Shown here piece after piece: positions 19,605-30,188 of a DNA stretch of 64,000 nt. Source of the DNA: Pelagomonas calceolata (lineage: Eukaryota); NCBI GenBank assembly GCA_918797485.1, contig CAKKNE010000001.1, positions 4,960,001-5,024,000 of the forward strand. Reading direction: 5' to 3'. The position numbers were made by a program, and so were the translations under genes. The notes under the pieces were generated by a model. The model did no database searches and was not told where the DNA came from. It saw only the letters and a list, made by a program, of their open reading frames with translations. Positions within the stretch are counted from its first letter, which is position 1. Every line of letters starts with the position of its first letter.

Positions 19605-20590
19605 ATGGCTAAGAAGGCGCCGAAGACCAAGGCGCCAGCCAAAAAGGCCAAAAAGCCCTCCAAAAAGAAGGAGTCCAGCAAGGCCAAAAAGTCGAGCGGC
19701 GCGGGCGCGGCGCACCCGAACGAGGTGGTGCTCTGCTCGAAATACGACCGCTGCCCGTCCGAGCGGCACGACCTCGATCCGGCGCGCACGCCGTTCGCGA
19801 GCAAGCCGAAGCCGCCGCCCTTCATCCGCGGCCGCGCGTTTGAAAACACAAAGGCTGGAACGAAACTACCTCGCTCGAAGGACGGCTGGGTGCCCGGCGA
19901 GAAGAAGCCGTCGAAGTGCAAGCTGACGTACAAGCAGCTCGCCAAGCGCTGGGCGGCCGAGCGCTCGAAGGCGGAGCTCGACCAGTACAAGAAGGACTGC
20001 GTCTGGGGCAAGTGGTGCCCGGGGATGCGCCCGCCGAGCTGGTGGCGCCTGGACCTCGACGACGACGCCACCTACCGCGTGTTGTGCTATTGCTGGGCCA
20101 AGAATATCCGGTGCTACCAGCCGGTGCTGGGCCTCGACTTCGACCAGTTCCTCAAGAAAGCGCTCAAGGGGGACTCCGTCGCGAAGGGCCTGATCGCGAT
20201 CGACGATAGCTGCCGGAGGATCTCCGAGAAGGCGTGGCTCGAGGAGAACGAGAAGCCGGAGAAGTGTGATGATTCGGTGTACGTCAGATTCTTCGTGTAG
20301 ATGACGCGGCGACGGCGTCGACCCTCACTCAATCGACGCGAGACAGTTTCGTCCACGCAGGCCCGGCCTGCGGCGTCGCGTTCGCCACGCTCGGGCCGAA
20401 GGGCGTCCACTTCCACCACAAGGCGCTCACGGTGACCGGGCTCGGCTACTTCTGCAAGCCGTGCAACACGGACGTCGCGACCGTCTGGGACCGCTTCGGC
20501 CCCGTCCACGCCGAGGCCGCCCTCGAGCGCGTCGCCGTCGCCTCCGGTATGAAGGGCGTGTGCATCGTCCTGCCGCTGAAGGAGGGATGA
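19605..20590 (+). CDS. two-exon gene (putative intron 20266-20360) with C-terminal EndoVII/HNH-like zinc motif
   Basis: Splicing t|GTGATG...CCACGCAG|gc gives EKCPACGVAF...VHFHH...FCKPCNTD... with GC3-rich codons to TGA at 20590. Confidence 0.55.
20266..20360 (+). mobile_element. degenerate introner-derived intron
   Basis: Ends in TCCACGCAG, matching the family TIR; eroded 5' TIR (TTCGTGTAGA); donor position is inferred from reading frame. Confidence 0.45.
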
Positions 20591-20645
20591 TTTGAAGGAG
20601 GCGGCGGCTGGCTCCTAAGTTAAGTACATGTTGAAATTATCACAT

Positions 20646-21140
20646 TAGAAGTAGGCGCGCCGTCTGCCTCGCGGCCCGGGCCCGGGACACTTCTTCGCCG
20701 GCGACAGACTCGTGACCATCCGCGCGACGAGCTCCGGCGCCGGGCAGGGTTCGAAGACCTGCGGCCCTCGCAACTCGAGCATCTTCAGTAAACAAGGCGA
20801 CGCGAGCACTCCTGTGTGGAAATCAAAATTTTACGGCGCGTTCGTTCTGGATCGCCGCGTCGTCCTCCACGCCATCGACGCGACGCCTGCTCGATGGCGT
20901 GACGATGCTGGTTCCTCGCCGCTCGACCGAGCCAGGACGGCCGCGTTGCCCCGTACCGTTAACGGTACGGGGCACACAGGCCCTACCGAGGCATCCGCCG
21001 GCGGACGCTTCTCCCCGCTGGCGTAAAAAGGGGATATAGCTATTATAAGTTGAAGCGCCAGTGGGGCTAACTACGGTTACTGTGTCTACTGCGGTACCTA
21101 CGGTATGCCGGTACGTAACAAGTAAGGTACTGGTACCTTG
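20646..21140 (-). pseudogene. possible CBA1-like gene fragment interrupted by an introner
   Basis: Spliced translation SYIPFLRQRGE...G|VLASPCLLKM resembles TYLPFIEMLGE...SSPCLRKM in the paralogs at 33270 and 35845. Confidence 0.35.
20812..20986 (-). mobile_element. introner element containing a 28-bp perfect palindrome
   Basis: CTGTGTGGAAATC at 20812, CACACAG ending 20979, internal ACGCCATCGA/TCGATGGCGT; GT donor at 20986 on the minus strand; no recognisable TSD. Confidence 0.8.
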
Positions 21141-21366
21141 GTCGTTTGTTGTCGCGTTCCTGCTCGAGCAGCACGCTGCTGCGGACGGCGCGAGCCAAAC
21201 TCTGCGCTGAAACGGTTTATATCGTTGCCAGCTACGCGCGCACACGAGTAACCGCTGTGGTTCGTGTGCTTTGCGCACAACAGCTTCGGGCGTCGATCCT
21301 GTAGCGCCGCGCGCCGCACGACGCAGCGACAGCCGCACGCCATCGCCGCGCTGACGCCAAACAAAG

Positions 21367-21999
21367 ATGACTGAGAAGCGCCTCACCTTCAGCCAGGACG
21401 TCATCACCCAGCAGAACGACAAGGAGAACGTATCCGACCTCGCCTCGTGTCTCGAGCGCACGATCGTCTCGCCGAACACGTACCTGCGCGCGCGCGGCCC
21501 GCCCCAGTACGGCGAGACGCCGCTGACGCCCGGCGCGCCCGCGCCGCGCGAGGCGCCCGCGTCGCGCTGGACGCCGGCCGCGCGGCGCGCCTCGGGCGCG
21601 TCGTCCGTCGGCGGCGGCGACGACGACGACGACGACGAGGCGATGGACGACGACGAGGACGCCGCGGACAGCGGCGACGACGGCGAGGCCATCGGCGGTG
21701 GCGTGCGCGGCGTGAGCCGCAAGTCGGTCGAGTGGGCGTCGCGGCAGCAGCGGCTCATCGACGCCGCCGCGCGCGAGCCCAAGGCGGCGATCAAGATCCT
21801 CAAGCCGCCGAACCCGCTGAGCCCGGGCGCGTCGACGCCCGAGGTGCCGCGCTACGTGACGTCGTACGCCGAAACGCCGCTCTCGGGCGAGAGCCGATGC
21901 TCCGACTGGGTGCCGCGGTCGCGGTCCGACCGCGGCGACTGGGACCACTCCGACGACGACGACGACGACGACGAGCGCGGCGACGACAGCTTCCGGTAG
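21367..21999 (+). CDS. hypothetical acidic low-complexity protein
   Basis: 210-aa ORF with GC3-rich codons and poly-D tracts. Confidence 0.65.
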   Translation: MTEKRLTFSQDVITQQNDKENVSDLASCLERTIVSPNTYLRARGPPQYGETPLTPGAPAPREAPASRWTPAARRASGASSVGGGDDDDDDEAMDDDEDAADSGDDGEAIGGGVRGVSRKSVEWASRQQRLIDAAAREPKAAIKILKPPNPLSPGASTPEVPRYVTSYAETPLSGESRCSDWVPRSRSDRGDWDHSDDDDDDDERGDDSFR

Positions 22000-22038
22000 G
22001 AAGCTGCTGGGTATAATTCGAAACACAAGTGACACAAC

Positions 22039-22512
22039 CTAGTCCCGCTTCCCCCCGGCCGTCGTCGATGTGGATAGTTCGGACAACCATGACGCTTGCC
22101 GCCCCATGAACGGCCGGGACTTGGAGTCCTCGGAGTTCGGCTTGCCCGGCGAAAACGTGGAGACGCCGATAGCTATCAGAGCGCCGAGGGTAAAAAATGA
22201 CGTCTGGCTCGCGGCGGCCGCCGCAGTCCACCCGAGCACCCACACGCTCATCGCCGCGAAGGCGATCGGTCCGAGACTCCCCACCAAATCGCCCTCAGCG
22301 ACGAGACTGTAGAACGCGCCGCCCATTAATGTGGACAACATTCTCATCGCCGCGACCCGCTGCGTGCCGCCGTGGCTGCACCACATGCGTCCCACGATGA
22401 CAAGCTCCCACACCCCTACTAGTGGGCCGACCCAAGACGCGTAGCCGTAGCGTTCTTTGAAGCTCGCCGACACGCGGCCGTGGACCGGATCGGAGACGAA
22501 CACGAGGCCGCC
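22039..22512 (-). CDS. small membrane protein (DoxX-like); 5' exon unresolved
   Basis: FKERYGYASWVGPLVGVWE, LMGGAFYS, several TM helices; probable acceptor CGCGCAG upstream. Confidence 0.5.
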   Translation of the reverse strand, partial: GGLVFVSDPVHGRVSASFKERYGYASWVGPLVGVWELVIVGRMWCSHGGTQRVAAMRMLSTLMGGAFYSLVAEGDLVGSLGPIAFAAMSVWVLGWTAAAAASQTSFFTLGALIAIGVSTFSPGKPNSEDSKSRPFMGRQASWLSELSTSTTAGGKRD

Positions 22513-22838
22513 CTGCGCGGACGTAACCGATCCGCTCGCGCGTGCAGGGCAATTTAACGAGTCGACACGACCGCCTGCGCGCCGTGCGGGCCGGAGATGC
22601 GCCCTCGCGAACGTAATTATGGGCTTGGCTGTGTGAAACCTGCCTCAAACTTTTTGTGTGCGACGCCGTTTGTTACAAAAGTGAGTGCCACGGACATGAA
22701 AAGGCAACACAAGGACATCTTCGAATATCTCTGGACGGCTAGCCGCCTGAACCGCGCATAAGCGAAGGTAAGGCCGGATCAAGCTCCTGCAAAAACCCGT
22801 TTTGACGCCTCCGACAGATGATCACTATGCACACATAA

Positions 22839-24125
22839 TTATTCTACATCCGAAGACGCCGCGCCGGCGAACGCGTCGTCGTCCAGGAACGCCGGCGCGA
22901 GCGACGCCCCCAATATCAGCGCACCGCCCGCGACGTCCGCCGCCCCATAATTCGTCTCGCCCAGCAACACGGCCGCCAACAGCGCGGCCCAGAGCGGCTC
23001 GGAGGACACGACGAGCGACGCTGTGGCCGCGGGCACCCTCGCCAAAGCGTACGTCTGTAATAAAATAGTCAGCGCCGTCGACGCGAGCGCCGTCCACGCC
23101 AGCACCGCCAGCGTCTGGGGCTGGTCTGATAAAGCTAGAACGTGACTAAAACCTTCAGAACCCTCCGCGCCGAGGAGCCAGATCGACGCGACCGCCGCGA
23201 CAGCTACGACCTGGGCCGCCGCCATCGCCAGCGCGTCGTCGTCCGACGGGTACTTCCGACCCGCCTCGGCGATTCGTAGGTAAGAAATCCCGAAGAAGAC
23301 GGGCTGCAGAGCGGCCACGGCGTCCGACGCGACAGGTGCTGTCAAGCCCTGTAATTCGAGCAAGGCGACGCCCGCCAACGCCGCGCCGGCGCAGACCCAA
23401 TCTTTCATCGTGGGCTCCTTGCCCGCCTTCGGTCGGAGGGCCGGGAACAATACCACCACTGCGGGGACCACCACGACCTGTAACGCAGCTAAAAGAGCAC
23501 CCTTCGCCGCCGTCGTGCCCTGCAATGCGAGGCACTGGACCACATAGCCCGCCGCGATCCACAAACCGCACTCGGCGCCAGCTAATAATGCTCCTTTTGA
23601 GGACGCACGAGGTAAAAGAGGACTCAGCGCCAGCGCGGACGCGCCGAACCGCGCGAAGGAGTACGCCGCCGGCGTCAGACTGACAGGGTCCGTCACGAGG
23701 TAGCGCACGGCGGGGAAGTTCGTGCCCCACAAAACGGCAACAGCCAGTAAAGCCGCGATGGCGATGTTGTCGCTCTCCTGCGCCGTTTCAAGGCCGACCA
23801 GCTCCTCCCCAATAATGACGGGGGCATCACTCGTGTCGCCGATCGTCACGACGTCGTCGTCGGAGACCATGATCCCCTCGACGAAGGCGTCCGCGCTCCG
23901 GTCGAGCGCCGCGACGCGGTCGTCGACGACGCCGCTCAGCTTCGTCTCTGGTCGGAGCGGCGTGTCCTCCGCGTTGGTTAGCCGCATGGAGAGCCGCGTC
24001 CCGGCCGCGCGTCGTCGGCTGTAGGAGGATCTGCATCCTGCTGTGCCCTGGCTTAGTTTCGGCCTCAGAGAGGGGTTTAGAGCCAAAATAGCGCATGCAT
24101 TGCATATTAGCAGTAATCGCAGCAT
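22839..24125 (-). CDS. EamA/DMT transporter with signal/transit peptide
   Basis: LWGTNFP..R, FARF, SSEPLWAA..A..LLGE; about 10 TM helices. Confidence 0.85.
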   Translation of the reverse strand: MLRLLLICNACAILALNPSLRPKLSQGTAGCRSSYSRRRAAGTRLSMRLTNAEDTPLRPETKLSGVVDDRVAALDRSADAFVEGIMVSDDDVVTIGDTSDAPVIIGEELVGLETAQESDNIAIAALLAVAVLWGTNFPAVRYLVTDPVSLTPAAYSFARFGASALALSPLLPRASSKGALLAGAECGLWIAAGYVVQCLALQGTTAAKGALLAALQVVVVPAVVVLFPALRPKAGKEPTMKDWVCAGAALAGVALLELQGLTAPVASDAVAALQPVFFGISYLRIAEAGRKYPSDDDALAMAAAQVVAVAAVASIWLLGAEGSEGFSHVLALSDQPQTLAVLAWTALASTALTILLQTYALARVPAATASLVVSSEPLWAALLAAVLLGETNYGAADVAGGALILGASLAPAFLDDDAFAGAASSDVE

Positions 24126-24544
24126 CCTGACGGCCCCAGTAGGTCAGGTGGGCCGTGGCAGCGCCGCTAGGACCGGCGATGGCATCCAGAGCCCCAGCTG
24201 ACAGGATTTTTGTCCACCCTAGGGACAAGTCGACAGGGCGTTGGTACGGCTCGCGGGAGACGGGTAGTTGGCTTTGTTTCGTGTTTTTTTTCGTCTCGCG
24301 CTGGCCGGCTTGCGTGCGGGTATTAGCTCTCGACGCAAAAATTGCGCAGCAGCTCACGCGCGGCGCCATTCGTGCCTGCTTCACACATTCGTGCTCAAAT
24401 TGACCGGTGGTGCTGCTAGGTACACGAAAAAGTGGCGAAAAAACGCGCGTACAGCCGGTTTGGCAGCACTGCCAGCTGCATGCCTTGCAGGCAGCACGCC
24501 ATCGACGCGATCAGCAAAAACGGAGGAACTGAAGCGTCACACCG

Positions 24545-25393
24545 ATGGCCGAGATAGTGCAGCATCGCCGCGCGCCGTGGCAGCCCTCACCGACCGATCC
24601 CACGGAGCCCACCATTAGCGCGAGAGCGCTGGCCAAAGCGAGAGGCACCGTCGAGGACTTTGCGCGGTCGTACATGCCGCTGCTCGGATTGCCGGTCGAC
24701 GACGTGCTGTGCTTCGCCGACAGTCTCTACTTCGTCGCCGGCTCGCTGTATGAACTGGACGAGCTGAACGAGCGGGGCGGCGACCCGTCGCAAGCACCCG
24801 CGGCGGCGGCGTTGCGGCAATTCCTGGCGGGCCGCGGTCTGCTGGACGACGTGCAGGCGACGCTCGACGTAGGGTTTGAGTACTGGACGCTCGAGCGGCG
24901 ACTCATTGCCGAGTGGAAAAGGCCACAGGGCGACGCAGCGCACGAGGACGAATTGCTGCGGTCTGCGTGTCGCGCTTCGGCGTGCAAGTCGTTCGACTAC
25001 TCCGTCCTCGCACTGCTGGTGGCTGGATTGACGGGCCGTACCGTCAGCAAAGAGATGATGCTCTTCCTCGGCTCGTGCTTCCAGCTCGTCGAGATAGAGG
25101 ACGACCTCAAGGATTACGAAAAGGACCACGAAAAGGGCGCGTTCAACATCTACGCGGCGTTCGTGCGGCGCTACGGCGCCGCCGCGCCGGATCGCCTGCG
25201 GGTCTGGATCGCGGAGCGAGAGAAATACTACCTCGAGAAGCGCGCGGTCCTCACGGACGAGCAGCTCAATTTTCACGTCGCGCGCAACGAGGCGCAGGGC
25301 GGCGCAGGGCCGGCGATGGCCCCGGAGGCCTGCAGTGGGGGGTGGGCGTTGCCGACGCCGATTCTGAGCGAGCGGCTTTACGCGACGATATGA
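24545..25393 (+). CDS. uncharacterised protein with isoprenoid-synthase-like DDxxD motif
   Basis: KSFDY...EIEDDLKDYEKD..GAFNI. Confidence 0.65.
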   Translation: MAEIVQHRRAPWQPSPTDPTEPTISARALAKARGTVEDFARSYMPLLGLPVDDVLCFADSLYFVAGSLYELDELNERGGDPSQAPAAAALRQFLAGRGLLDDVQATLDVGFEYWTLERRLIAEWKRPQGDAAHEDELLRSACRASACKSFDYSVLALLVAGLTGRTVSKEMMLFLGSCFQLVEIEDDLKDYEKDHEKGAFNIYAAFVRRYGAAAPDRLRVWIAEREKYYLEKRAVLTDEQLNFHVARNEAQGGAGPAMAPEACSGGWALPTPILSERLYATI

Positions 25394-25715
25394 TCGCGAT
25401 GTAACTTGTTGTATGTATCCATAGTCGTGTCATCGTCGCATCGACGCGAGGGGGCGGAGCGCGTCGGTCGCCCGCACGCGCAAGGCGCTGTTTCAGCGGA
25501 GCGGAGAGCACTTGCAACACAGAACCGCGAGGCAGCCCGGCGCCTAAAACAGCGCGCATCCGTGCGAGGGCAGGCAATATCACCTTGAGGTCTCGCGTGC
25601 GCTTGCCCAACCCCACATCTCAGGGCCCTAGGGCTGCTCTCCTTGCAGGGGAGAGAGAGCGCCGCGCCGCGCACGGCGAGGCCGCGTTGGCGAGGCAGCC
25701 CACACCACAACAACC

Positions 25716-27650
25716 ATGGGCACCTCCAAAAGTCCCAAGCTCAAAGCCTGGGCCAGCGTGAAGTCCGTGCGAGCCGCGACGAGGTTAAAGCGCAGCGTCT
25801 CCTCGAGCAGCGCCTCGTCGCGCGCGCTCCGCAAGACCAAAGCTAGATTGATGCGTTTGGATGCCCGCGAGCGGCCGCGCCGCGCGCGCGATAGGAGATG
25901 GCGATTAAGAGGCGAAGCGAACGGCGTCCGCGTCTTCGTCGAGGAAAGTTGTAGACGGAGCTGGAAGTTCAACGTCGTGCCCCTCGTCGTGAGTGTTTTA
26001 GCGGTTGCGCTGCACCGGTTCCAGTACATACCTTCTCCGCTGCTTGTTATGATTGCCATTCTACTCGTGACACTGACGGACGCGTCGATGGGGACATGGC
26101 GGATAACGGGCAGGGTAAGGGCCGACGTGCGCGTCGAGGCCTCGCCGGAAACGGCCTTCGCGTTCCTCGCCGCGTCCGATCCAAGCGTGAAACGCGAGTG
26201 GAGTGCCTGGTTCGAGCATCATAGGGTGCGGAGCTTCGACGCGCATACGGCGCTGGTGGACACCGTCGAGGCGGCTCCGTTATCTTGGGCGCGGGTGTTG
26301 GCCCCGATGCCGCGGATCTCGAGGACGATCCGGTTCTGGAGTCGAGAGGGTAGGACCTATACGATAATAGCGGCCGACGCCGACGGCACGGAGGAGTCGT
26401 CCCAGAATAAGTTGGAGTGGCGCGTCGGCGTGCGGACGCGAACCACCGAAGACCTGACTGTGGTAAGGCCTCGACGCACGCACGGCGCCGAGATCACCAG
26501 AGATGGCGTCATGACCGCGGCTGTGGTCACGCGAGTCCTGGACCAGGATTCGAGACTGTGGTGTTCTCGTCGGTCGTCGTTGGCGCTGGCGTGGAGCTGT
26601 CAGAAACTTGTCGATGAATTGCGAGGGTTACAGTTGGCTTGTGCTCACTTAGTGGACGACGCGTCCTTCTTAGATCAGCGGTCGCACTTCAACTACTCCC
26701 CGGCGCAACTCCAGAGAGACGCGAAGCTCTCGGGAAGGGGCCGCGCGGCGACGCACGACGACGACGACGAGTCTGAGACGAGCTCTGACGACGAGGGGAC
26801 GCGCCTGTTCCGGGCCTGCGCGGCGACGCCCGACTCGCCGTTGTCCGAGACTTTCAGTTTTGACCGAGTGCCGTCGACCCCTTCACAAAAGTACGCGTCG
26901 GCCTTCGTCCTGAAGCGCTCCACTGGAGAAGACTCGAAGTGGGGCGCCTTCGCCGAACCGGCGGCTGCCGATTTCAAAGTCAGAGGCAAGAACTATCTCC
27001 AGGATAGAAAGAAGATGCGATCTGAAAGTAGTTTATGCGAGCTCGCCGGCGTCGATGCGCTGAAGGCCACGGACGGGCCTCTCCTGAACCTCGGAAGTCG
27101 AAGTGATAGTCCCTGTAGAAGCTTAGTGAAAAATGACGGTTCCTTGGTACTGATCGTGAACTTCGTGCTACCGCTCGCAAGGCACTACGTGTCGCTCGCG
27201 GCCTACTTCATCGCTCCGCCCGAAAATCAACTGAGGGGCGACCTCCTGAAACAGCGACGAATGCTATCGAAATTCTGTTCCGAAACAGATACGGTGCGAG
27301 ACGAGACGATGAAGATTATCCCCAAGATTGTGGAAGGCCCCTGGGTCGCGAAGCACGCGCTGGGCTCGAAGCCCGCGTTGCTAGGTCGGGCCGTGACGTC
27401 CGAATACCACTCTGGCGAGGGCTGGTTCGAGATGGACATTGACGTTTCTTCGTCCTCCGCGGCGTCCGGCGTGCTGCGGATCATGAAGTCATGTAGCAAA
27501 GCCTTGGTTTGTAATTTGGCTTATGTGTTGGAGGGCAAGAGTGAGGAGGAGTTACCTGAAAGATTGTTGGGCACCATGGCCTTCGTTCATTTCGACCTGG
27601 ATCCGGACAAGTCGCCCCTCATCCGGACCGTGAGCGCGGAGGCGCCTTGA
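25716..27650 (+). CDS. START-like + EDR2 C-terminal (DUF1336) domain protein
   Basis: FKVRGKNYLQDRKK, KIIPKIVEGPW, KPALLG, EMDIDVSSS, ELPERLLG. Confidence 0.85.
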   Translation: MGTSKSPKLKAWASVKSVRAATRLKRSVSSSSASSRALRKTKARLMRLDARERPRRARDRRWRLRGEANGVRVFVEESCRRSWKFNVVPLVVSVLAVALHRFQYIPSPLLVMIAILLVTLTDASMGTWRITGRVRADVRVEASPETAFAFLAASDPSVKREWSAWFEHHRVRSFDAHTALVDTVEAAPLSWARVLAPMPRISRTIRFWSREGRTYTIIAADADGTEESSQNKLEWRVGVRTRTTEDLTVVRPRRTHGAEITRDGVMTAAVVTRVLDQDSRLWCSRRSSLALAWSCQKLVDELRGLQLACAHLVDDASFLDQRSHFNYSPAQLQRDAKLSGRGRAATHDDDDESETSSDDEGTRLFRACAATPDSPLSETFSFDRVPSTPSQKYASAFVLKRSTGEDSKWGAFAEPAAADFKVRGKNYLQDRKKMRSESSLCELAGVDALKATDGPLLNLGSRSDSPCRSLVKNDGSLVLIVNFVLPLARHYVSLAAYFIAPPENQLRGDLLKQRRMLSKFCSETDTVRDETMKIIPKIVEGPWVAKHALGSKPALLGRAVTSEYHSGEGWFEMDIDVSSSSAASGVLRIMKSCSKALVCNLAYVLEGKSEEELPERLLGTMAFVHFDLDPDKSPLIRTVSAEAP

Positions 27651-27818
27651 GTCCCTGCGGTGCTCACGCGTGCCGCGCAGCAGGCACGGCGGCGTCGGCG
27701 ATCTCGGCGACGCCTCCCAATTCACTTATTCTCTCAAGTTCGATAAAAACCCTTAAGCTCGCACTTACGCACCGCGTAGCACCGAGTAAGCACGAAGTAC
27801 CTTACGCCCCACGAAAAC

Positions 27819-30188
27819 CTAGGGGCTCCGCGCGACCATCTCCGCGACCATGGAACGCGGCATCTGCTTCTTGTGGTCGCCGATGGTCTGGCGTTGCTTC
27901 ACGACTCTATCTTTTCTCCAGGACGCGCGCACGCCCCAGTTCCGCTTTAGGCGCTTGAGGATCGGCGCGGGCACGCAGCCGTAGTCTTCTAATACGTATA
28001 AGTCCGTGGCCATCGTGCTGACGCAGCTGACGCTTTCCACGGCGCCCTTCACCAGATTCGTCGCCGACAGCAACCCGCTCTCGCCGAAGTAGTCGCCGAC
28101 CCCTAGCTCCGCGACGGCCACACCCGCGGATCGCACCACGACCCCCCCTCGCACCACTAATGTCAAACGAGGCGCCGTCTGACCTTCGCTCATGAGCAGA
28201 GTACCTCGGGAACACTTGGCCTTCTCCAACGCATAAGCCACGGTGTAGCACTGGTCTACAGGGGCATCCGCAAACAAACCGGTCTTTCTCAGTAGAGCGA
28301 ACTTCTCCTCGACGTCCGTTTCCAGCCCTTCGGCGACGTTCGCCGCGACCTCCCTATAGTCGGACGCCTCGAAGGACAGGAAGATGCATTCCGAGACCGC
28401 AACTAAATTTTGGCGGTATCGAGGCGCCCGCCCGTTCTTCAGAGCATCCAAGCTTTCCGCCCCGAAACACGACCCGGGCCCGCCGCACTCGACGAACTCA
28501 CCTAATTCCCCTTTCCAGATGGCGTCCTTCGCTGCCTCGGGGTCGACCATGTCCGCTGACGAGCGAGCCCGAGATCGTCTACGTGTCGGCTTCGGCTCCT
28601 CCTGCGTCGATTGCGCTAAGACGGCAGCAGTACCCCTAACAAGGATATAAAAGCGCACGGCCTTGCCCTTCGTGTCGAAGACCGCACTACCTTTTTTAAT
28701 TCTATCGACGCGCACGTGGTGCCCAAAATCGTTCCATGCCGACTCGGGCCACTCGTGGACGTACTGCCGACAGAAGTCCTTCGCTTGCCTGAGGACGGCG
28801 ATCACCAACGCTAGTTCCGGCATGGTCCTATCTAACGCATTCTTCTTGTTTAGGGTCTCCAGCGCTCGGAGGATCTTTTTGCCGAACTCCGGTCGCGTCG
28901 CAGACGCCATGAAGCTCTTGGCCACGTCGGCACCGTAAGATGTTGTGAGTGACGGTTGCCTCACGATCTGTTTGTACATTTGAGAGATCAACGAGTCGCT
29001 GAAGGATCGTACTAATCTCTTGAAGGCTTGACGGGCGGACTTCCGCCCTCTCATGGCTCTACTATCACCTGATCTTCTCGAAGCGCGATCTTCCGCCGTG
29101 CGCGGTCGCTGCACCTCTTCCGCTTCTAGTTCACCATCATCATCGAGTATTCTAAAGTACGCCCGCTGTCGTAAATAAGCCCTACCTTCGTCCGTCTTGA
29201 ACGCCGCCACCAGGTCACTGCGCTCGACCACGGCCAGAGTGCACTTGAAGACGGCTACCACCGTCGCCCCTCGCGTCGAGGAATCTCCCTTCACGAGGAG
29301 AGGTATCTCGCCGAAGTGGTCGCCGTCCCCCAATTCCCTTACTGGTCTTTCTCCTACCTTATGTTGGGGGTCCTCGTGCACCACCTTCACGATGCCATCG
29401 ACGATGATGTAAAATACGGAACCGGTGTGGCCCTCGTGGATGATCACTGAACCCGGGTCATGCGTTTCGACCTTCACGCGCCGGACGCACTCCCGCAATC
29501 TATCCTCGTCCAACCCCGCGAACAGGGGACAGTTCCCGATGATGCACCAGGCCTGCCTTTCTCTTGTGTTACTATTATCTTTCAGGAGATCCGGTCTACT
29601 CTCAAACAGCGCTCGGAACTTGGCACCGGATAACTTCAGGAGCTCCAACCGTTGTTGATCTTCCTTGTCCGGCTTGGCTTTCACCGAGGAATCTCTGGGA
29701 GTGGAATGCATCGCTGCTAATTCCCCAAAAAATCGACCTTCCGTCAAGCGAGCCAACGTTCGCGATTTACCGTCGGACTCGAAGATGACATGGGCCTCAC
29801 CGCTAGCAACCACGTAGAAATCATCGGTAGCGTCGCCCTGCTTGAAGACGAAGGTGCCCTCGTCGGCCTCGTCTTCCTCGAACTGCTCTGCCGCCCGTCG
29901 CAGCTCGTTGTCGCTCAAATCATTAAATAAAGACACCTTCTGCAGGATCTTAATGCGTTCTTCCACGAGTTGTTCAAAAACAACGGCGTGGCGCTCCATG
30001 GCGATCTTTTCTATCGATTTTACTCGGAGCTCCTGGCGGTCGATCACGGGCCTCTCGAGGATTCGCAACTGATCCAACAATCTATGGTGATCAATCCCAT
30101 AGTCGCCTAACGACGCCAGTTTCGGCCCGCCGCCCTGCTCGTCCAAGGCTTTCAGGACCTCGGCGCCGTCGGCGTAGATGTGGCTCAT
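27819..30188 (-). CDS. multi cyclic-nucleotide-binding-domain protein
   Basis: Four cNMP domains (FFGELA..PRDSSV, HFGEI..RGATV, CFGAE, YFGE). Confidence 0.85.
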   Translation of the reverse strand: MSHIYADGAEVLKALDEQGGGPKLASLGDYGIDHHRLLDQLRILERPVIDRQELRVKSIEKIAMERHAVVFEQLVEERIKILQKVSLFNDLSDNELRRAAEQFEEDEADEGTFVFKQGDATDDFYVVASGEAHVIFESDGKSRTLARLTEGRFFGELAAMHSTPRDSSVKAKPDKEDQQRLELLKLSGAKFRALFESRPDLLKDNSNTRERQAWCIIGNCPLFAGLDEDRLRECVRRVKVETHDPGSVIIHEGHTGSVFYIIVDGIVKVVHEDPQHKVGERPVRELGDGDHFGEIPLLVKGDSSTRGATVVAVFKCTLAVVERSDLVAAFKTDEGRAYLRQRAYFRILDDDGELEAEEVQRPRTAEDRASRRSGDSRAMRGRKSARQAFKRLVRSFSDSLISQMYKQIVRQPSLTTSYGADVAKSFMASATRPEFGKKILRALETLNKKNALDRTMPELALVIAVLRQAKDFCRQYVHEWPESAWNDFGHHVRVDRIKKGSAVFDTKGKAVRFYILVRGTAAVLAQSTQEEPKPTRRRSRARSSADMVDPEAAKDAIWKGELGEFVECGGPGSCFGAESLDALKNGRAPRYRQNLVAVSECIFLSFEASDYREVAANVAEGLETDVEEKFALLRKTGLFADAPVDQCYTVAYALEKAKCSRGTLLMSEGQTAPRLTLVVRGGVVVRSAGVAVAELGVGDYFGESGLLSATNLVKGAVESVSCVSTMATDLYVLEDYGCVPAPILKRLKRNWGVRASWRKDRVVKQRQTIGDHKKQMPRSMVAEMVARSP

